Under the pieces are notes generated by a model. That model ran no database searches. It saw only the letters and a program-made list of their open reading frames with translations, and had not been told where the DNA came from. A stretch of 50,456 nt of DNA from Candidatus Eiseniibacteriota bacterium. GTDB taxonomy: Bacteria > Eisenbacteria > RBG-16-71-46. The stretch covers positions 1 through 50,456 of the forward strand of contig JANLWX010000130.1 in the NCBI GenBank assembly GCA_031364845.1, given 5' to 3'. The position numbers and the translations under genes are program-made. Shown one piece after another: positions 46,223-50,456 of the stretch. Within the stretch, counting starts at the first letter, position 1. Each line of letters opens with the position of its first letter.

Positions 46223-48640
46223 ATGACCACGAATCGCCGCGCTCTTGCGCCGGACCTTCTGCACCGAACGGACGCCTACTGGCGCGCCGCTAATTTTCTG
46301 TCGGTCGGGCAGATGTATCTGCGTGATAATCCACTTCTGAAGCGGCCACTCATACAGGCTGACGTCAAGCGCATGCTGCTCGGGCACTGGGGCACGACCC
46401 CGGGGCAGAACTTCATTTACGCGCACCTGAACCGGGTCATCAACAAATACGATCTCAACATGATTTACGTCTCGGGCCCCGGGCACGGCGGCCCGGCGGT
46501 GGTGAGCAACACGTATCTCGAGGGCACGTATAGCGAAATCTATCCGGACATCAGCCAGGACGAGGCCGGGCTGCGCAAGCTCTTCGTGCAGTTTTCGTTT
46601 CCCGGCGGCATCCCCAGTCACGCATCGCCGGAGTGTCCGGGCTCGATCCATGAAGGTGGCGAGCTGGGTTATTCGCTCAGCCATTCGTTCGGGGCGGTGT
46701 TCGATAATCCCGATCTCGTCGTCGCTTGCGTCGTCGGCGACGGCGAGGCGGAATCCGGACCGCTGGCCACCGCATGGCATTCCAACAAGTTTCTCGATCC
46801 GGTGACCGACGGCGCGGTACTGCCGATCCTGCATCTCAACGGCTACAAGATCGCCAGCCCGACGCTTCTCGCCCGTATCACCCGCGAGGAACTGGAACAG
46901 TTGTTCCGCGGCTACGGCTGGACGCCGCTGTTCGTCGAGGGTCACGAACCCGCGCTGATGCACGAGGCGATGGCCGCGACGCTCGACGTGGCGGTGGAGC
47001 AGATCAGAAGCATCCAGCAGGACGCCCGCGGCCACGGCAACCGCGCGCGTCCCCGCTGGCCAATGATCATCCTCAATTCACCCAAGGGCTGGACGGGACC
47101 CAGGGCGGTTGATGGCCGGCAGATTGAAGGCAGCTTCCGCTCGCATCAGGTACCGCTGTCCGATCCGGTGGCTCGTCCCGAACACCTCGAGCTCTTGGAA
47201 GCGTGGCTGAGGAGCTACCGGCCCGAGGAACTGTTCGACGAGCAGGGACGCCTGAAACCGGAGCTGGCCGAGCTAGCGCCCACGGGCACACGCCGCATGG
47301 GCGCGAATCCGCACGCCAACGGCGGCATACTGCTCCGCGATCTGAGGATGCCGGATTTCCGCGACTACGCGGTCGAGGTGGCCGCTCCCGGAGTGCGCGG
47401 CATCGGTGACACACGAGTACTCGGGCCGTTTCTCCGCGATGTCGTCACGTTGAATGACGAGCAGCGAAACTTCAGAGTCTTCGGTCCTGACGAGACGCTG
47501 TCCAACGGACTGGGAGCCATATTCGAAGTAACCCAGCGCCAGTGGGACGCCGAGACGGCGCCGAATGACGAATTTCTCGCGCCCACGGGACGCGTGCTGG
47601 AAATGCTCAGCGAGCACCAATGCGAGGGCTGGCTCGAGGGCTACCTGCTCACGGGGCGACATGGACTCTTCAACTGTTACGAGGCGTTCATTCACATCGT
47701 CGATTCGATGTTCAACCAGCACGCGAAATGGCTGAAAGTCACCTCGCACCTGCCGTGGCGGCGAAAGATCGCCTCGTTGAATTATCTGCTGGCCTCGCAT
47801 GTGTGGCGCCAGGATCATAACGGCTTCACCCACCAGGATCCCGGTTTCATCGACGTCGTCATGAATAAGAAGGCCGAGATCGTGCGGGTGTACCTGCCTC
47901 CGGATGGGAACTGTCTGCTGTCGGTGATGGACCACTGCCTGCGCAGCCGCCACTACGTCAACGTCGTGATCGCGGGCAAACACCCCGCGCCCCAGTGGCT
48001 GACAATGGACGCCGCCGTCAAGCACTGCATCGCGGGCATCGGCGTCTGGCGCTGGGCCAGCAACGACCAGGGCGTGGCACCCGATGTGGTCATGGCCTGC
48101 TGTGGTGACGTGCCCACGATGGAGACGCTCGCCGCCGTCTCCATAATGCGCGAGCACCTGCCCGACCTGAAAATCCGGGTAGTCAACGTCATCGATCTCA
48201 TGAAGCTGCAGCCGCAGCCCGAGCACCCGCACGGTTTGAGCGATATGGATTTCGACGAACTCTTCACCACGGACAAGCCGGTCATCTTCGCCTTCCATGG
48301 CTATCCGTGGTTGATCCACCGCCTGACTTACCGCCGCACCAACCACGACAACATTCATGTTCGCGGCTACAAAGAAGAAGGCACGATCACCACCGCTTTC
48401 GACATGACCGTGTTGAACGATCTGGACCGCTTCCACCTCGTGATGGACACGATCGACCGCCTGCCACAAACCGGCGATAAAGGCATTTATCTGAAGCAGC
48501 GGCTCAAGGACAAGCTGATCGAGCACAAGCAATACATCGAAACTTATGGCGAAGATCTGCCGGAGATTCGCAATTGGAAGTGGGGCGAGGTCAATGCAGG
48601 GACACATGTGCCCGGGGTCGAAAGTTGCCGAAAGTGGTGA
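46223..48640 (+). CDS. xfp: Phosphoketolase (XFP family)
   Basis: [73 protein letters not shown]. Confidence 0.97.
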   Translation: MTTNRRALAPDLLHRTDAYWRAANFLSVGQMYLRDNPLLKRPLIQADVKRMLLGHWGTTPGQNFIYAHLNRVINKYDLNMIYVSGPGHGGPAVVSNTYLEGTYSEIYPDISQDEAGLRKLFVQFSFPGGIPSHASPECPGSIHEGGELGYSLSHSFGAVFDNPDLVVACVVGDGEAESGPLATAWHSNKFLDPVTDGAVLPILHLNGYKIASPTLLARITREELEQLFRGYGWTPLFVEGHEPALMHEAMAATLDVAVEQIRSIQQDARGHGNRARPRWPMIILNSPKGWTGPRAVDGRQIEGSFRSHQVPLSDPVARPEHLELLEAWLRSYRPEELFDEQGRLKPELAELAPTGTRRMGANPHANGGILLRDLRMPDFRDYAVEVAAPGVRGIGDTRVLGPFLRDVVTLNDEQRNFRVFGPDETLSNGLGAIFEVTQRQWDAETAPNDEFLAPTGRVLEMLSEHQCEGWLEGYLLTGRHGLFNCYEAFIHIVDSMFNQHAKWLKVTSHLPWRRKIASLNYLLASHVWRQDHNGFTHQDPGFIDVVMNKKAEIVRVYLPPDGNCLLSVMDHCLRSRHYVNVVIAGKHPAPQWLTMDAAVKHCIAGIGVWRWASNDQGVAPDVVMACCGDVPTMETLAAVSIMREHLPDLKIRVVNVIDLMKLQPQPEHPHGLSDMDFDELFTTDKPVIFAFHGYPWLIHRLTYRRTNHDNIHVRGYKEEGTITTAFDMTVLNDLDRFHLVMDTIDRLPQTGDKGIYLKQRLKDKLIEHKQYIETYGEDLPEIRNWKWGEVNAGTHVPGVESCRKW

Positions 48641-50456
48641 CGCCCGCGCCTGCCGCTGCCGCAGCCGACACCCACAAGGGCCATGCAACAACCGGCGCGC
48701 AAGGCGCGATGCCCACGGAGATGGCGCATGAGATGGGTCATGGCGGCAAGGACCTGCCGGCCATGGTTCGCGACATGCGCAACCGTTTCTGGATTTGTCT
48801 GATCTTCACGGTGCCGATCTTCCTCTACGCTCCGATGGGAGGCTTCTTCAAGCCGCCCGCTCCGCCGTTCGGATTGGATCTCAACCTATGGCTGTTTTTC
48901 CTGGCGAGCGCCGCGATCCTCTATCCGGGCTGGCCGTTCGTAGTCTCCGCCTGGCGCGCGCTCAGGACGGGCACCCTGAGCATGGCGGTGCTGGTCGTGC
49001 TGAGCGTTGGCACCGGGTATCTGTTCAGTGTCGGCAGCACGTTCTTCTTCAAGGAGGGCGGGCAGTTCTTCGAAGCCGCGGCCGTCCTGCTGGTCTTCAT
49101 CCTGCTCGGCCACTGGCTCGAAATGCGTGCCCGCGCGGGTGCATCGTCCGCCATCAAGGCGCTGATGAATCTCACTCCAGCGAAGGCGTCGGTGATGCGC
49201 AACGGCGTCGAGGTAGAAGTTCCGACGGCGGAGGTGTTGGCGGGCGAGGTGGTCGTGATGCGGCCGGGCGGCAAGATTCCCGTCGACGGCACGGTGGAGA
49301 CCGGCGAATCACTGGTCGACGAGTCCATGCTCACCGGAGAGTCGATGCCGGTCCAGAAGGCGCCGGGCGCCACCGTGATCGGTGCGACCATCAACAAGAG
49401 CGGCAGTTTTCGCTATAAGGCGACGAAGGTCGGGACCGACACGGCGCTGGCGCAGATCGTAAAGCTCGTGCAGGAAGCGCAGAACTCAAAGGCACCTTCG
49501 CAGCTCCTTGCAGACAAAGCCGCGCAATGGCTGGTGATTGCCGCGATCGCCATCGGTCTGGCGACCTTTGCGGTGTGGTTCTGGGGGATCGGACAGCCGC
49601 TGCTGTTCGCGGTGACGATGACCATCACCGTATTCGTGATCGCGTGCCCGGATGCGTTGGGACTGGCCACCCCGATGGCGGTGATGGTGGGAACGGGCCT
49701 CGGGGCGATGAACGGCATTCTCTTCAAGAACGCCTCGGCACTCGAGGAAGCCACGAAGCTGCAGGTCATCGTCTTCGACAAGACCGGCACGCTCACGGTC
49801 GGCCAGCCGGAGGTGGTGGAGATCGTGACCGCGGACGGAATCACCGAGGACATGGTGCTGACCGCCGCCGCAGCCGTCGAGCAGGGATCCGACCACCCGC
49901 TGGCGCAGGCCATCGTGCGCCGGGCCGCGAACCTCACCGTCGCCGCACCGACTGGATTCGTAAGCCTCGACGGTATGGGCGCGCGCGCCGAGACGGCTGG
50001 CGGAACGGTGTTCCTCGGCAACCGGCTCCTGATGGATGCGCAGAAGCTCGCGCTCGGACGCCTCGAGGCCGAAGCCACTCGCTTGCAGGGGGACGGTCGC
50101 ACCGTAGTCCATGTGTCTCAAGCCGCTCGCGTGATTGGCATCATCGCCATCGCCGATGCAATCCGGCCCACCTCAAAGGCAGCCGTGGCAAGACTGCGCG
50201 AACGCAAGATCGAGGTGGTGATGCTGACCGGTGACAATGCCGCCACGGCCAAGCGCATTGCCACGGATCTCGGCATCGACAGCGTGTTGGCCGACGTGCT
50301 GCCCGCCCAGAAAGCCGAGAAAGTGAAGGAGCTGCAGGCCACGGGCAAGAAGGTCGGGATGGTGGGTGATGGCGTCAACGACGCGCCCGCGCTGACCCAG
50401 GCGAACGTGGGGTTCGCGATTGGCGCAGGCACCGACGTCGCGATGGAAAGCGCCGA
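48637..50456 (+). CDS. Heavy-metal (Cu-like) P1B-type ATPase, 3'-truncated by the window edge (not in ORF track)
   Basis: The frame from GTG 48637 gives HKGH...[12 protein letters not shown]...[10 protein letters not shown]...[11 protein letters not shown] (CPD at 49645-49653)...DKTGT (49777-49791)...SDHPLA...MLTGDN...[12 protein letters not shown]. Confidence 0.92.
   Translation, partial: MTPAPAAAAADTHKGHATTGAQGAMPTEMAHEMGHGGKDLPAMVRDMRNRFWICLIFTVPIFLYAPMGGFFKPPAPPFGLDLNLWLFFLASAAILYPGWPFVVSAWRALRTGTLSMAVLVVLSVGTGYLFSVGSTFFFKEGGQFFEAAAVLLVFILLGHWLEMRARAGASSAIKALMNLTPAKASVMRNGVEVEVPTAEVLAGEVVVMRPGGKIPVDGTVETGESLVDESMLTGESMPVQKAPGATVIGATINKSGSFRYKATKVGTDTALAQIVKLVQEAQNSKAPSQLLADKAAQWLVIAAIAIGLATFAVWFWGIGQPLLFAVTMTITVFVIACPDALGLATPMAVMVGTGLGAMNGILFKNASALEEATKLQVIVFDKTGTLTVGQPEVVEIVTADGITEDMVLTAAAAVEQGSDHPLAQAIVRRAANLTVAAPTGFVSLDGMGARAETAGGTVFLGNRLLMDAQKLALGRLEAEATRLQGDGRTVVHVSQAARVIGIIAIADAIRPTSKAAVARLRERKIEVVMLTGDNAATAKRIATDLGIDSVLADVLPAQKAEKVKELQATGKKVGMVGDGVNDAPALTQANVGFAIGAGTDVAMESA

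Larger units (their letters stand above)
35079..50456. other. Accessory/island-like block of ion-transport, metal-resistance and metabolic genes
   Basis: Abrupt switch from housekeeping genes right after ribF; visibly more A/T-ending codons and a lower-GC spacer (about 45060-45610). No integrase or att site was seen. Confidence 0.55.

Overview
This is a high-GC, diderm bacterial chromosome segment. LptF/G, TolC and a SprA homologue suggest an FCB-superphylum lineage outside Bacteroidota, possibly Ca. Eisenbacteria-like (inference). Positions 1-141 are the left end of an ISNCY/IS1202-type IS. The core genes from 225 to 35077 are, in order: yceD-rpmF-plsX-fabH-fabD-fabG-acpP-fabF-rnc; a TPR protein; an ECF sigma / zinc anti-sigma / HtrA-like cassette; aroB-aroQ-accB-pilT(*)-accC-comB; lptG-lptF divergent from sprA and an M28 glutaminyl-cyclase-like lipoprotein; and rimP-nusA-infB-DUF503-rbfA-truB-ribF. 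From 35079 to the end is an accessory block: a glycoamylase/GH144-like protein, a Ca-type P-ATPase, CusCBA-like efflux, a His/Met-rich secreted protein, phosphoketolase and a truncated P1B ATPase. There are three leading candidates for undescribed biology. (1) An ECF envelope-stress switch whose HtrA/PDZ partner lacks the catalytic His and Asp, whose anti-sigma ends in a PDZ-ligand-like VSF, and whose putative promoter (GGAACC-N16-TGTA) recurs upstream of sprA. (2) An RNase III with RNase E-like parts: an Arg-rich segment, an amphipathic helix and a ~300-aa disordered tail. (3) A ~125-130 bp palindromic repeat present twice with compensatory base changes. pilT carries an in-frame TAA. No rRNA, tRNA or CRISPR was seen. 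All calls come from motif recognition by eye; no searches were run.
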